A stretch of DNA of 64,000 nucleotides from positions 19,268-83,267 of the forward strand of contig CAYMDO010000002.1 in assembly GCA_964389365.1 (NCBI GenBank), written 5' to 3'. Origin of the DNA: an uncultured Syntrophomonadaceae bacterium. GTDB lineage: Bacteria > Bacillota > Dethiobacteria > DTU022. Positions 1-9,245 of this stretch are shown piece by piece (positions within the stretch are counted from its first letter, which is position 1; each line of letters starts with the position of its first letter). The notes below the pieces were generated by a model that had not been told where the DNA came from, searched no databases, and worked only from the letters and a program-made list of their open reading frames with translations. Position numbers and translations under genes: made by a program.

Positions 1-1244
1 TTAACCTCAACGCTATATTGAAGCGCCTGCTTGGCGAAAACATCAACCTGAAACTGTCTCTGTCGAAAGATATTCACCATGTGCTGGCCGACCCGGGGCA
101 GATCGAGCAGGTGATAATGAACATAGCATTCAATGCCCGCGACGCCATGCCCGAAGGCGGAACGCTGATCATTGAAACCGCCAATACAGAGCTTGATGAA
201 ACTTATGCACAGGAACACTCGGGCGTCACACCGGGGAAATATGTGATGCTAGCTGTAACGGATACCGGTTTTGGAATCGACCGGGAGGTTTTACCTCACA
301 TTTTTGAACCGTTTTATACAACCAAAGAGAAGGGCTACGGAACCGGCCTGGGGCTTTCCAGCGCATATGGCATCGTCAAGCAGTCAGGTGGGCATATCTG
401 GGTATATTCCGAGCCGGGATACGGTTCAACTTTTAAGATATACCTTCCGCAAACCGAAGTGGTACAGGAGCGGAAAACAGTTACGGCAGAAAAAGCAACA
501 GCAAAGGGCGGTGGCAGGAATATTTTGGTGGCTGAAGATGAAGGTAGCCTGATGAAACTGATCGGGACAACCCTTTCGAATCTGGGGTACGAGGTGAGCC
601 TTGCGGCAGGTGGCGAAGAAGCCCTGCAGTTGGTGAAAGAAAAGGGCCTCAAACCTGATCTGCTTATCACCGATGTAGTGATGCCTAAAATGCACGGCAG
701 TGAACTGGTGAGCCGCCTACAGAAGAATCAACCTGATCTGAAGGTGCTCTATATGTCCGGGTACACAGACAACAACATTATCCACCATGAGGCCCTGGAG
801 CCCGGAATACCTTTTATCCAGAAGCCTTTCCGCCTGTGCGACTTGGCCGAAAAAGTCGCTGATATTTTAAAAATACCTGAAGGCGGTTTAATCAGGAACA
901 TCCTGATGATCGATGACGACGCCATGTTTCTGGACCTGGTGCATCTTTTCTGCACGGAAGGGGGGCACAACTTCGAAGGCGTTGATTCCGCCGCTGCGGC
1001 TATCGAAGTCCTCGCTGACCGCCCTGTTGATGTGCTGCTGGTTGATATGAATATTCCGGGCACGGGTGGGAGACAGGTGCTGGAGGAGATCCGCGCCGCG
1101 GGGTATGCCACGCCAGCCATTATTTTAACCGGCGATGTGTATTCAGTCGATATGGAATCACTCAGCCTCCTGGGAGTTGTGAAGGCGGTCGAAAAATCGG
1201 GCTCCGCCCAGGCTTTTCTGCAGGCCATCGAAGAGATCGACTAA
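1..1244 (+). CDS. hybrid sensor histidine kinase, C-terminal HATPase_c part fused to two REC receiver domains; 5' end lies outside the window
   Basis: ORF 18..1244 is open to the window edge. HATPase N/G-box motifs (NIAFNARDAM, DTGFGI, GYGTGLGLS) are followed by two receiver domains with conserved Asp (LLITDVVMP and LLVDMNIPG). Confidence 0.85.
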   Translation, partial: NLNAILKRLLGENINLKLSLSKDIHHVLADPGQIEQVIMNIAFNARDAMPEGGTLIIETANTELDETYAQEHSGVTPGKYVMLAVTDTGFGIDREVLPHIFEPFYTTKEKGYGTGLGLSSAYGIVKQSGGHIWVYSEPGYGSTFKIYLPQTEVVQERKTVTAEKATAKGGGRNILVAEDEGSLMKLIGTTLSNLGYEVSLAAGGEEALQLVKEKGLKPDLLITDVVMPKMHGSELVSRLQKNQPDLKVLYMSGYTDNNIIHHEALEPGIPFIQKPFRLCDLAEKVADILKIPEGGLIRNILMIDDDAMFLDLVHLFCTEGGHNFEGVDSAAAAIEVLADRPVDVLLVDMNIPGTGGRQVLEEIRAAGYATPAIILTGDVYSVDMESLSLLGVVKAVEKSGSAQAFLQAIEEID

Positions 1245-1258
1245 CCGTCCGGGACTGG

Positions 1259-2173
1259 TTAATCATAGAACTGCGGTTGGGCCTGCAGGAACTCTTTCAG
1301 GCTAAGTTCAGACGCGTGCCACTGTATAGCCTTTTCCTTACCAATATAGCGGTAATGCCAGGGTTCAAAAATATAGCCGGTTACGCTTTCTGCGCCCTCC
1401 GGGTAGCTCATGGCAAAACCGAATTTATAAGCGTTTGCGGCCAGCCACATGCCCTGGGCGGTACCGGCGAAAGCAGGTTTCAGGTCGACATCTGTGCCGC
1501 CAAAATCTACTGTAGTTCCCAGCTGGTGTTCCGACTGGCCGGGCCGGGCGCTGAAGCGGTTTGCCGCTTCAGCGCCATAGCTGTTGGCATAATTCTGAAA
1601 GAGGGTTTGCTGATATTCATAGCTGCGATAAGCGGATATGATGGTTAGGGTTACGCCGTCAGCGGCGGCAGATTGCCACAGGGTTTCCAGCTGCCTCAGC
1701 GCCTCTTCCCGCAGCCACAGTTCGCGTGCCGGGTACATGTAACCGGGAACCGGCAGCAGGTCGGTTGGTTCGTAATCGCTTTTCAGTGCGGTTTCCTTGG
1801 TTACCAGTGCCAGCAGGTAATCTCCATCCGTAATAACCCGCTGTTCAGTACCAACCGCTTCGGGCTGTCCGGCGCTATTGGGGGCACCCTGATTTTGCCG
1901 CGGTTCCGTTTCCAGGCTTTCAGTTTCTTCGTCTTCCGCCGTTTCCGGCTGTTCCGGAATCCCTGTTGTTGTTTCTTCAGCCGCACCAGGCGGCAGATCG
2001 TGATCTTCGATGCCGGGGCCGGTAAAACAAGAAAAGGCGCCGAAAAGCAAAATCGCGCAACAAAGCGCTAGCATAAGAGCGCGCAGCAGTAACTTACGCC
2101 TTTTCCCTTTTCTGCTGTTTATACGGGCAGAATGGTATCGGGTTGTGCTGTGCTTGCTTTTCATATTTTTCAC
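1259..2173 (-). CDS. D-alanyl-D-alanine carboxypeptidase, peptidase M15B (VanY-like), membrane anchored
   Basis: 304 aa with an N-terminal TM segment. VanY-type motifs are present: SEHQLGTTVD and PWHYRY. Confidence 0.8.
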   Translation of the reverse strand: MKNMKSKHSTTRYHSARINSRKGKRRKLLLRALMLALCCAILLFGAFSCFTGPGIEDHDLPPGAAEETTTGIPEQPETAEDEETESLETEPRQNQGAPNSAGQPEAVGTEQRVITDGDYLLALVTKETALKSDYEPTDLLPVPGYMYPARELWLREEALRQLETLWQSAAADGVTLTIISAYRSYEYQQTLFQNYANSYGAEAANRFSARPGQSEHQLGTTVDFGGTDVDLKPAFAGTAQGMWLAANAYKFGFAMSYPEGAESVTGYIFEPWHYRYIGKEKAIQWHASELSLKEFLQAQPQFYD

Positions 2174-2186
2174 ATTCGATCAATTA

Positions 2187-2867
2187 TCAAACTATCTGCT
2201 TTTCCTTACGCCATTCGCAGCGGTCTCGTTTTGTGCAAAAATCACAGGGTGAGTTGGTGTCAGACAGGCCTTTTCCCCTGGGGACGGCAAACGATATCGA
2301 CTTGCGAGGGATCATCAGGCAGCTTTCAGTCAGGCGCACGCCGATCTCCCCGCCCGGCAGTATCCTGAAAACTTCCCGCTGCTGTTCGATCGGCCAGCCT
2401 TCCTGGCCCGGTTGGGCTCGCATGCCAAGCGAAAGGCCGAGCTCCTCGGTTTCCCGGCTGATCAGGCTTTCAACAGTTTTTGATACCTTGCGCAGCGCCG
2501 TAATTCCAGATCCGTCTAAGGCGACTGCCCTGACCGGATCTTCGGCCATCAGTTGGCCAACCCGGTTTTCCAGGGCTTCGCCGATTGTGCATACCGCTAG
2601 ATAAAGTTGTTCGGCGCCGGCCATTGATTTTTGTACAAGGGAGCCTTCAAACTCTCCGTTTGTGAAACGTACAGTCTTACATTCCAGTTCGGCAATATCA
2701 ACCACTGTATAGATGGCAGCCGGGCTGAGTAGCGCTTCAGCTTCACTGATTACTGAGTCGGCAGTTTCATGAAGCCTCCTGGAGGCGCGGTCCGGATCGA
2801 TGCCCTGCCCCTTCAAAACGTCAGCAACGGTCAGTTTTATGTCAAAATCAGAAACGATCTTATGCAC
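2187..2867 (-). CDS. vitamin B12-dependent methionine synthase activation-domain-like protein
   Basis: 226 aa stand-alone protein whose length and composition fit Met_synt_B12-like proteins of Clostridia. It has a C-terminal CDFCTKRDRC motif. Assigned by recall only. Confidence 0.45.
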   Translation of the reverse strand: MHKIVSDFDIKLTVADVLKGQGIDPDRASRRLHETADSVISEAEALLSPAAIYTVVDIAELECKTVRFTNGEFEGSLVQKSMAGAEQLYLAVCTIGEALENRVGQLMAEDPVRAVALDGSGITALRKVSKTVESLISRETEELGLSLGMRAQPGQEGWPIEQQREVFRILPGGEIGVRLTESCLMIPRKSISFAVPRGKGLSDTNSPCDFCTKRDRCEWRKEKQIV

Positions 2868-2978
2868 TTATGGTAGTGCCTCCTGTTATGTGAACTTAAG
2901 TTATATTTTAACCTTTTTCTCCGCCAAATGTCCACATGCAGAATCAGAAGGGGCAGTGAATGGCATTGATTAGAAACA

Positions 2979-2989
2979 TGGTATATAAT
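2979..2989 (+). promoter_or_regulatory. extended -10 element (TGgTATATAAT) upstream of the beta-CASP hydrolase gene
   Basis: tggtatataat lies about 30 nt upstream of the GGAGG RBS. No good -35 was found. Confidence 0.3.
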
Positions 2990-3020
2990 TAAGGCATTGT
3001 TAAAAGACGGAGGTATTTTG

Positions 3021-4415
3021 ATGAAAATACAATTCCTGGGCGGAGCGAAAACGGTTACCGGTTCTTTTTTTGTTGTCGTGACCGAAAAAACAACATTTGC
3101 TGTCGACTGCGGTATGTTTCAGGGTGCTGCGTCAATCGAGGAACGAAACAGGGCCGACTATGCAATTAACCCGGCAGCGATTGATTTTTTAGTCTTAACC
3201 CATGCCCACATCGATCATTCCGGATTGATACCCAAGCTTTGCAAAGCAGGGTTTAAAGGAAAGATTTACTGCAGTTCGGCGACAAAAGATCTGTGTGCGG
3301 TTATGCTGCCTGATTCCGGCCATATCCAGGAATATGAAGCAAAATCGTTCAGCAAAAGGACCGGTGATGCTGATCATCCGGCAGCAAAGCCGGTTTATAC
3401 GGTTGACGATGCTTATAGCGCGCTCGGGCAGTTTAGCGTGCTTGAGCTAGATCAGTTACTGCAGCCCCGGACGGGAGTCGAGTTTCGGTTGCGCGAAGCA
3501 GGCCATATTTTAGGTTCATGTCTGGTGGAGGTATGGATCGAAGAAAAGGGCAAAAAAACCAAGCTTGTTTTCAGCGGTGATTTAGGGCGCCCCGCGCAGC
3601 CTTTTGTTAAAGATCCTGTCAACCTGGAAGAAACAGATTACCTGGTGGTGGAGTCTACATATGGCGATGAACTGCACCCGGAAGTAGCCGACCGCCCTGC
3701 AGAATTAAAGAAAATAATTGAGCGGACCATGAAACAGGGGGGCAACCTGATTATTCCCTCATTTGCGGTGGAAAGAACCCAGGATTTACTGTTCGACTTG
3801 AGCATTCTGATCAGCCAGGGCCGCCTTGATCCCGGGATAAACATCTATATTGACAGCCCTCTGGCAATAGATGCTACAGAAATATTCAAGAAAAATGTTG
3901 CATATTACGATCAGGAAACCAGGCAGCTGATCAGGGAAGGTTATCATCCCCTGAAATTGCCGAATCTGATATACTCCAGCAGCAGGTTGGAATCAATGAA
4001 GCTCAATAAAATAAAAACCGGGGCAATAATAATTTCGGCCAGCGGCATGTGTGATGCCGGAAGAATACAGCACCACCTTAAACATAATCTGGGCCGCCCC
4101 GAATCAACAATCTTATTTGTGGGGTACCAGGCTGAAGGCACTTTGGGGCGGCAAATTACTGAAGGCGCCAAATCAGTGGAACTGCTTGGAGAGTTGGCAG
4201 AAATTAAGGCAACCGTTGAAACCGGGCTATCTTATTCGGCTCATGCCGATCAGCGGGAATTACTGAACTGGATCGGCAAATTCGTCACCAGGCCGAAAAT
4301 GGCAATGATAGTACACGGCGAAGAAGAAGCCCAGCAAAAAATCGCGGAACTGATCCGGGACGAGCTTAAAATACCGGTAAAAATACCAGGCTGGCTGGAA
4401 ACGGTTGAGCTATAA
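3021..4415 (+). CDS. MBL-fold metallo-hydrolase with beta-CASP/RNA-metabolising domain (RNase J / CPSF-like)
   Basis: HAHIDHSG motif. The N-terminus MKIQFLGGAKTVTGS follows a GGAGG RBS. The ~465 aa length is typical of this family. Confidence 0.7.
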   Translation: MKIQFLGGAKTVTGSFFVVVTEKTTFAVDCGMFQGAASIEERNRADYAINPAAIDFLVLTHAHIDHSGLIPKLCKAGFKGKIYCSSATKDLCAVMLPDSGHIQEYEAKSFSKRTGDADHPAAKPVYTVDDAYSALGQFSVLELDQLLQPRTGVEFRLREAGHILGSCLVEVWIEEKGKKTKLVFSGDLGRPAQPFVKDPVNLEETDYLVVESTYGDELHPEVADRPAELKKIIERTMKQGGNLIIPSFAVERTQDLLFDLSILISQGRLDPGINIYIDSPLAIDATEIFKKNVAYYDQETRQLIREGYHPLKLPNLIYSSSRLESMKLNKIKTGAIIISASGMCDAGRIQHHLKHNLGRPESTILFVGYQAEGTLGRQITEGAKSVELLGELAEIKATVETGLSYSAHADQRELLNWIGKFVTRPKMAMIVHGEEEAQQKIAELIRDELKIPVKIPGWLETVEL

Positions 4416-4444
4416 AAAGCATAAAAATAATGCGTTCCTTTACC

Positions 4445-4474
4445 TTGACAATAATCCGGGGGGTATGTTAAACT
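4445..4474 (+). promoter_or_regulatory. putative sigma-A promoter for the tRNA pair (-35 TTGACA, extended -10 TGTTAAACT)
   Basis: TTGACA at 4445-4450, a 17-18 nt spacer, then TGtTAAACT, about 45 nt upstream of tRNA-Met. Confidence 0.4.
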
Positions 4475-4521
4475 CATATAGCTTCAGGGGCAACAAGCTT
4501 TTTGGCTGTGACAGACGATAC

Positions 4522-4597
4522 GGGCCCATAGCTCAGCTGGTAGAGCTACCGGCTCATAACCGGTTGGTCCTAGGTTCGAGTCCTAGTGGGCCCACCA
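4522..4597 (+). tRNA. tRNA-Met (anticodon CAT; elongator or Ile-lysidine type), CCA encoded
   Basis: Cloverleaf GGGCCCAUAGCUCAGCUGGUAGAGC ... anticodon loop CUCAUAA ... GGUUCGAGUCC ... CCA. Confidence 0.85.
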
Positions 4598-4604
4598 TCT
4601 TCAT

Positions 4605-4680
4605 GGCCCCTTCGTCTAATCGGTTAGGACACCAGCCTTTCAAGCTGGCAGCAGGGGTTCGAATCCCCTAGGGGTCACCA
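4605..4680 (+). tRNA. tRNA-Glu (anticodon TTC), CCA encoded
   Basis: GGCCCCUUCGUCUAAUCGGUUAGGAC ... loop CUUUCAA ... GGGGUUCGAAUCCCC; closely resembles canonical bacterial tRNA-Glu. Confidence 0.85.
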
Positions 4681-4691
4681 AAATTTTTGAA

Positions 4692-4727
4692 AGAGCTACC
4701 ACTATCGATCAAGTGGTGGCTCTTTTC
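4692..4727 (+). terminator. rho-independent terminator after the tRNA pair
   Basis: GAGCTACCACT ... AGTGGTGGCTC hairpin followed by TTTT. Confidence 0.55.
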
Positions 4728-4744
4728 GCTGGGAGAGGCAACGG

Positions 4745-5542
4745 ATGCTGCTTGAAAAAAAGCACGATTCGGTAGCTCAGATTATGATGGGCCGGGAAGT
4801 TGAAGGCACAGTCTATTACTGGACTGCGGCTTACCTGGTTGATGGTCTCCTGGTTGATACTGGTTGCGTATACACCACCCCTGAATTACTCGAATACCTG
4901 CAGGAGAGGGAAATCAATCAGGTTATAAACACTCACCACCACGAAGATCACATCGGTGGGAACGCCCTGCTGCATAAAGAGCTGGGTCTTGAGATTTATG
5001 CCCATCCCCTTGCAGTCTCGCTGATCAATAAAAAGATGGAGCTTAACCCATACCAGGAGCTGGTCTGGGGTCACCCTGAACCGACTGCCGTGCTGCCGGT
5101 TCAGGAACAGATCACGACCGCAAACTATTCATTCCGGGTTATCGACACCCCCGGTCACAGCCCCGATCATCTTTCCCTCTACGAGCCGGCGCAGGGCTGG
5201 CTCTTCTCCGGCGATCTCTTCGTTTCGGAAGACCAGAAAGTGTTCAGGGCCGATGAAGATATTTACGGTATTATCGGTTCACTGCAGAGAGTTATTCAGC
5301 TTGATAGTCCTGAGCTGACCCTTTTTACTTCTATCGGCAAAATATTTATCGATGGGAAGCTCTCGATCAAAAAATTCCTCAGCCACCTTGAAGAAATTCG
5401 CAATAAGACGGTTAACCTTGCGGCTGAAGGCTTAAGTGCCGAAGAAATTAAAAACCGCATATTTGCCAGGGAAAGCAGTATGGCTCCCCTGACTGAAGGC
5501 CATTATTCAATCCAGAACCTGATTGACAAACTCATGCTTTAG
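4745..5542 (+). CDS. MBL-fold metallo-hydrolase
   Basis: HHHEDHIGG metal-binding motif; 265 aa. Confidence 0.75.
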   Translation: MLLEKKHDSVAQIMMGREVEGTVYYWTAAYLVDGLLVDTGCVYTTPELLEYLQEREINQVINTHHHEDHIGGNALLHKELGLEIYAHPLAVSLINKKMELNPYQELVWGHPEPTAVLPVQEQITTANYSFRVIDTPGHSPDHLSLYEPAQGWLFSGDLFVSEDQKVFRADEDIYGIIGSLQRVIQLDSPELTLFTSIGKIFIDGKLSIKKFLSHLEEIRNKTVNLAAEGLSAEEIKNRIFARESSMAPLTEGHYSIQNLIDKLML

Positions 5543-5769
5543 AACACTGTGCCGCAGAAACAGTAACCCCGCTGGCTGATTCAGACAACAGGCCCCTGTT
5601 TTTTGCCTGAAAGACAGGCCGGTTTGGGGCATCCAGCCGCATTGCGAGCCTGGGGTGGCCCAGGGCTTTGAGCTGATCGGCACTGCAATTGACCAGGGTG
5701 CCCCGGACCCTGGCTGTTATCATAAGTTGCTGTAAAAACTATTGTTTGCCGCAGGGAAACCGTCAAGCC

Positions 5770-7140
5770 CTAAAACTTACCGGGTCCGAGCATTTTAAAG
5801 GCTTTGAGCAGAACTAACGAAAGCAGCATTGCGCCGGCATAGATCAATGCTAGCAAACCGATGCTCCAGTTCCACCAAAACGGGGCATGCATCAAAATCA
5901 TATAGCCGAGGACAAAAGGCGATGCAAAAAGAGCCTGCATGCCAAGCTCCAGCGCTACCGGGGTGTCGAACTCCGGGTCGGCGATCCGTAAGAGCAGCAG
6001 GCCGGTGGAGACGTTCCCGGTGGTAATGCCGTAAATGCCCACTGTGCGCTCCAGGCTGTATGACCAGGCCCTCCTGCCGATATAAAAGACCACCAGGGTG
6101 GTGGCTATGCCGCTGGCCAGTGAGATCACTACGATCGGTATGATATACTCCCACACGATAACCAGCTGGATAGCCATGATGGTGGAGATAATCAGGAAGT
6201 CAATCGACCAGCCTGTGATCCTTCGCTGCACTCCCGGATCAAGCAGGTAGCCGAGGCCAATCCTGACGATAATGAATTTGATCAACAGCGCTACGACAAC
6301 CCCAAAGAAGAAGAAAAAGGCCCAGAGGCTGCTGGCGACGCTCTCCGATATAAACACCCCGATGCCCTTTATCAGCAGGTAGGTCAGAACGTAAACCAGG
6401 CCGACAAGAGCCGCGTGAAAAGCTAAGGTGTCGGTGCTGCCGGAATGGGTAGTCAGTGAGCCGGCGCTTTCTTTGGGGCTTTCCTGGTCGACGATACCGG
6501 TTAAAAGCTCTTTCGAAAGGGTTTTCGGGGCCAGGGCAGAGTAACCCTTGCGGATCCCCCAGTTGACCAGGGGCACGCCGACAAAAAATGAAAAGGCAAA
6601 ACCGAAAGCGGCAAAAGAGAGTCCCAGCGTAGCCGCATGGGCAAAGCCGAAACCTTCCCAAACCTTGCCTACCGACAGGGCCTGTCCGGGCCCCTGGGTA
6701 AAGCCCAGAGGTGAAAGAAAGCCAAACGTCGGGTGAAGGTCTGAACCAAAAGCGTTAAAAAGAAAAACAAAAAGGGTGCCGATAACGGCCTGCATGGCCA
6801 TTACCACCCCGCTGACAAAGGCCATCCAGAGTGATCCTTTGACCGGGTTTCGGTCGGAAAGAACGTCGTTGGCATTGTTTTTTCTTAAAGTCACAGTCAG
6901 GCCGAGAGAGATAAAGGAGATAATAAAGAGGTGATAAGCGAATGATTCCAGCAAATCGGTTGAAGCCTCGACGACCCCGGTGCTGATCAGGATCAGCCCG
7001 ATCGTGCCGCCCAGGAAACAGCTGGGTATTAGATATTTCTGGAAAAACTTAATCTTAGCCCGCAAAAACATCCCGGCCAGGAGCATAATGGCCATAAAGC
7101 CAAATACCAATAGCGGCTCAAATGGAAATGGTGTATCCAC
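5770..7140 (-). CDS. sodium/glutamate symporter (GltS family)-like membrane transporter
   Basis: 456 aa polytopic protein. N-terminal KYLIPSCFLGGTIGL resembles E. coli GltS KKYTIPEPVAGGLLVAL. Confidence 0.45.
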   Translation of the reverse strand: MDTPFPFEPLLVFGFMAIMLLAGMFLRAKIKFFQKYLIPSCFLGGTIGLILISTGVVEASTDLLESFAYHLFIISFISLGLTVTLRKNNANDVLSDRNPVKGSLWMAFVSGVVMAMQAVIGTLFVFLFNAFGSDLHPTFGFLSPLGFTQGPGQALSVGKVWEGFGFAHAATLGLSFAAFGFAFSFFVGVPLVNWGIRKGYSALAPKTLSKELLTGIVDQESPKESAGSLTTHSGSTDTLAFHAALVGLVYVLTYLLIKGIGVFISESVASSLWAFFFFFGVVVALLIKFIIVRIGLGYLLDPGVQRRITGWSIDFLIISTIMAIQLVIVWEYIIPIVVISLASGIATTLVVFYIGRRAWSYSLERTVGIYGITTGNVSTGLLLLRIADPEFDTPVALELGMQALFASPFVLGYMILMHAPFWWNWSIGLLALIYAGAMLLSLVLLKAFKMLGPGKF

Positions 7141-7174
7141 GCGATCATCTCCTGTCTATCAGATTATCAGATTA

Positions 7175-8287
7175 TTAAACCCCTGAGCAGAGCGGAAACC
7201 CGTTTTGGTCGTAGAAGCCGTAACGGTGAACTGCTTTAACCATGCTGATATAGTTTTCTGCTTTGACCCCTGGGTGGATGGTGTTTGAAGAGGCTAAAAT
7301 ATAGCCGCCTCCGGGTGCGGCTGCTTTAATTGCCTGCCGTACTTCTTCTTCCACCGCCGCCGGGTCTTTTTTGACCAGCGTTTCGAGACAGTCGATATTA
7401 CCCATTAAACAGATCTTGCTGCCGTATTGCTCCTTAACGGCAGCCAGATCCATGCACTGCGGCTGTATGGGGTGAATGCCGTCAAAGCCGATTTCCGTAA
7501 AATCATCAAATAACTTATGGTGATTGCCGTCGGTGTGCTTAAATATTTTCAGGCCCTTGTTGTGGACGTAATTAACTATTTCCCGGTAGTAAGGTTTTAA
7601 ATATTCGCGAAAATGACCGGGTGAAACCAACAGGTTTGTGTTGTGGGCTAAATCACCGTCCAGCGAGACAATGTCTGCTCCGAGGCGGATGCCCATTTCC
7701 AGCGCCTCGATTGTATAATCGGTGGCGATCCTGGCCAGTTGGTGGACCAGAATCGGGTTTTCATAGTAGGCGTAAAGCAGTTTATCCATGCCGCCAAGCA
7801 TATTCCAACTGCGGCGGAAGGGGCACTGCAGGCTGAGCACCAGGGCCCGCTCCCCTTTAAATCTTGCCGCACAATAGATCAGGGTCAGCAGATCTGTTTC
7901 TTTAATCGCCGGCGGCCTGAATTGTTTCAAATCGGCGGCCCCCTTAACCGGGCCATCGACCACAGTGGCTTCGCCCACCGGGCTGAGTTTAAAAGTAACG
8001 CCCCAGTCGTCGCGGAAAAGGTCATCGCCAATGAATTCGGAGGCAGGAAAAACCCTTAAAGTCAGCCCGTCAATATCAAGTTCTTCGATAAAAAGAAGCA
8101 GGGCATTGAACAGCTTTATCTTGTTTTCGTCGTCTAAGTTTTGGATGTAGCCGGCAGCGGGAAGATCATCTGTAAAATGACGGGCAATATTGACAACAGA
8201 AGATTCGTTATAGGCCAGTTCCCAGTGGGGTACACGGTCAGGTACCTGCAAAGATAGTGCGGCGATCATTCTTTCCCTGCCGTTCAA
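7175..8287 (-). CDS. uroporphyrinogen decarboxylase (URO-D) family protein, MtaA/CmuA-type corrinoid methyltransferase-like
   Basis: 370 aa; overall similarity to methylcobamide:CoM/THF methyltransferase family proteins of methylotrophic anaerobes. Confidence 0.7.
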   Translation of the reverse strand: MNGRERMIAALSLQVPDRVPHWELAYNESSVVNIARHFTDDLPAAGYIQNLDDENKIKLFNALLLFIEELDIDGLTLRVFPASEFIGDDLFRDDWGVTFKLSPVGEATVVDGPVKGAADLKQFRPPAIKETDLLTLIYCAARFKGERALVLSLQCPFRRSWNMLGGMDKLLYAYYENPILVHQLARIATDYTIEALEMGIRLGADIVSLDGDLAHNTNLLVSPGHFREYLKPYYREIVNYVHNKGLKIFKHTDGNHHKLFDDFTEIGFDGIHPIQPQCMDLAAVKEQYGSKICLMGNIDCLETLVKKDPAAVEEEVRQAIKAAAPGGGYILASSNTIHPGVKAENYISMVKAVHRYGFYDQNGFPLCSGV

Positions 8288-8444
8288 AAGGATGCCCCCC
8301 TGCCGGTGCGGGTATTTTGACTTAACTATTCGGCCTCACTTGTTTTGCGGGCGAGAAGTCTTGTTTTGTTATGGAGGAATAATAGCACAATTCTAAACAG
8401 ACAGTCAATAGGAAAACTTTATACAATACGCTTCAATGCGCTGG

Positions 8445-9245
8445 TTAGAGATAGAGGTTGCGCCTGCTGAATACTATTACGCCCAGGCTGTAGAGAACTA
8501 CTGCAACGGCGGCAAAGGGCAGGCAGATACCGAGTAATTCCTGCTTGCCGCTTACGATGGCGGTGGCATCGAAAAGTGAGTAAAGGGTTAGATACTTAAG
8601 CCAATCGTTGTTTCCGCCGATATTTTTTAACATATTGACGATAAAGAAGAAGACCGGGATTCCGCCCCCGAAAGCGAGGGAATACTTCGATTCATTAAAA
8701 ATACAGGAAAAGAAGAAGCAGATTGAACTGACGGCCAGGGTCAGCAAAACTGTTACCAGGTTTAGCTCAGTGAAAGCGGGGATATCCATTTCGCCCGGGA
8801 ACATCGCTTCACTGACAGCGATACCGATCGCCGCGGTTAATACCAGCAGCAGGGAGACGCTTAAAGCCAGGTAAAAGCCCTGGGTTGAAATAATCTTTGC
8901 CCGGCTGTTCGGCGTCGCCAGCAGAAAAGCCATTGACCCCCGGTCCACCAGGACCGCCACCAGGCGGTTGGCCGCAATAATACAGTAGATCAGCGGAAAC
9001 ATGGTCACCAGGAAGCCGTAAAAATAAACAGCCATAAAGGTTGTCAGGCTGGTTACCGGCATGTCATAACCGAAGGCCTCCATCATACCCTGCGGCAGGG
9101 CCTTCACATAAAGGTTCATGGCACCTATCGTTTCCGGGTCGTACATGCCAAGCATGATAACCATGTACATTAAGAGGACGGCAAAGAAGATCAGAAAAAC
9201 CACCCAGTTTGATTTTGCTGTGGCTTTGAAGAGTGAAAAGTTCAC
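8445..9245 (-). CDS. ABC-2 family transporter permease
   Basis: 266 aa with 6 predicted TM helices. Overlaps the upstream ATPase gene by 4 nt (operon). Confidence 0.65.
   Translation of the reverse strand: MNFSLFKATAKSNWVVFLIFFAVLLMYMVIMLGMYDPETIGAMNLYVKALPQGMMEAFGYDMPVTSLTTFMAVYFYGFLVTMFPLIYCIIAANRLVAVLVDRGSMAFLLATPNSRAKIISTQGFYLALSVSLLLVLTAAIGIAVSEAMFPGEMDIPAFTELNLVTVLLTLAVSSICFFFSCIFNESKYSLAFGGGIPVFFFIVNMLKNIGGNNDWLKYLTLYSLFDATAIVSGKQELLGICLPFAAVAVVLYSLGVIVFSRRNLYL

Noticed and set aside
271-1228. ORFs 271..552(+), 335..670(-), 426..695(-), 749..1228(-) overlapping the histidine kinase gene
   Set aside because: These are shadow ORFs inside a gene with strong domain evidence; no independent support.
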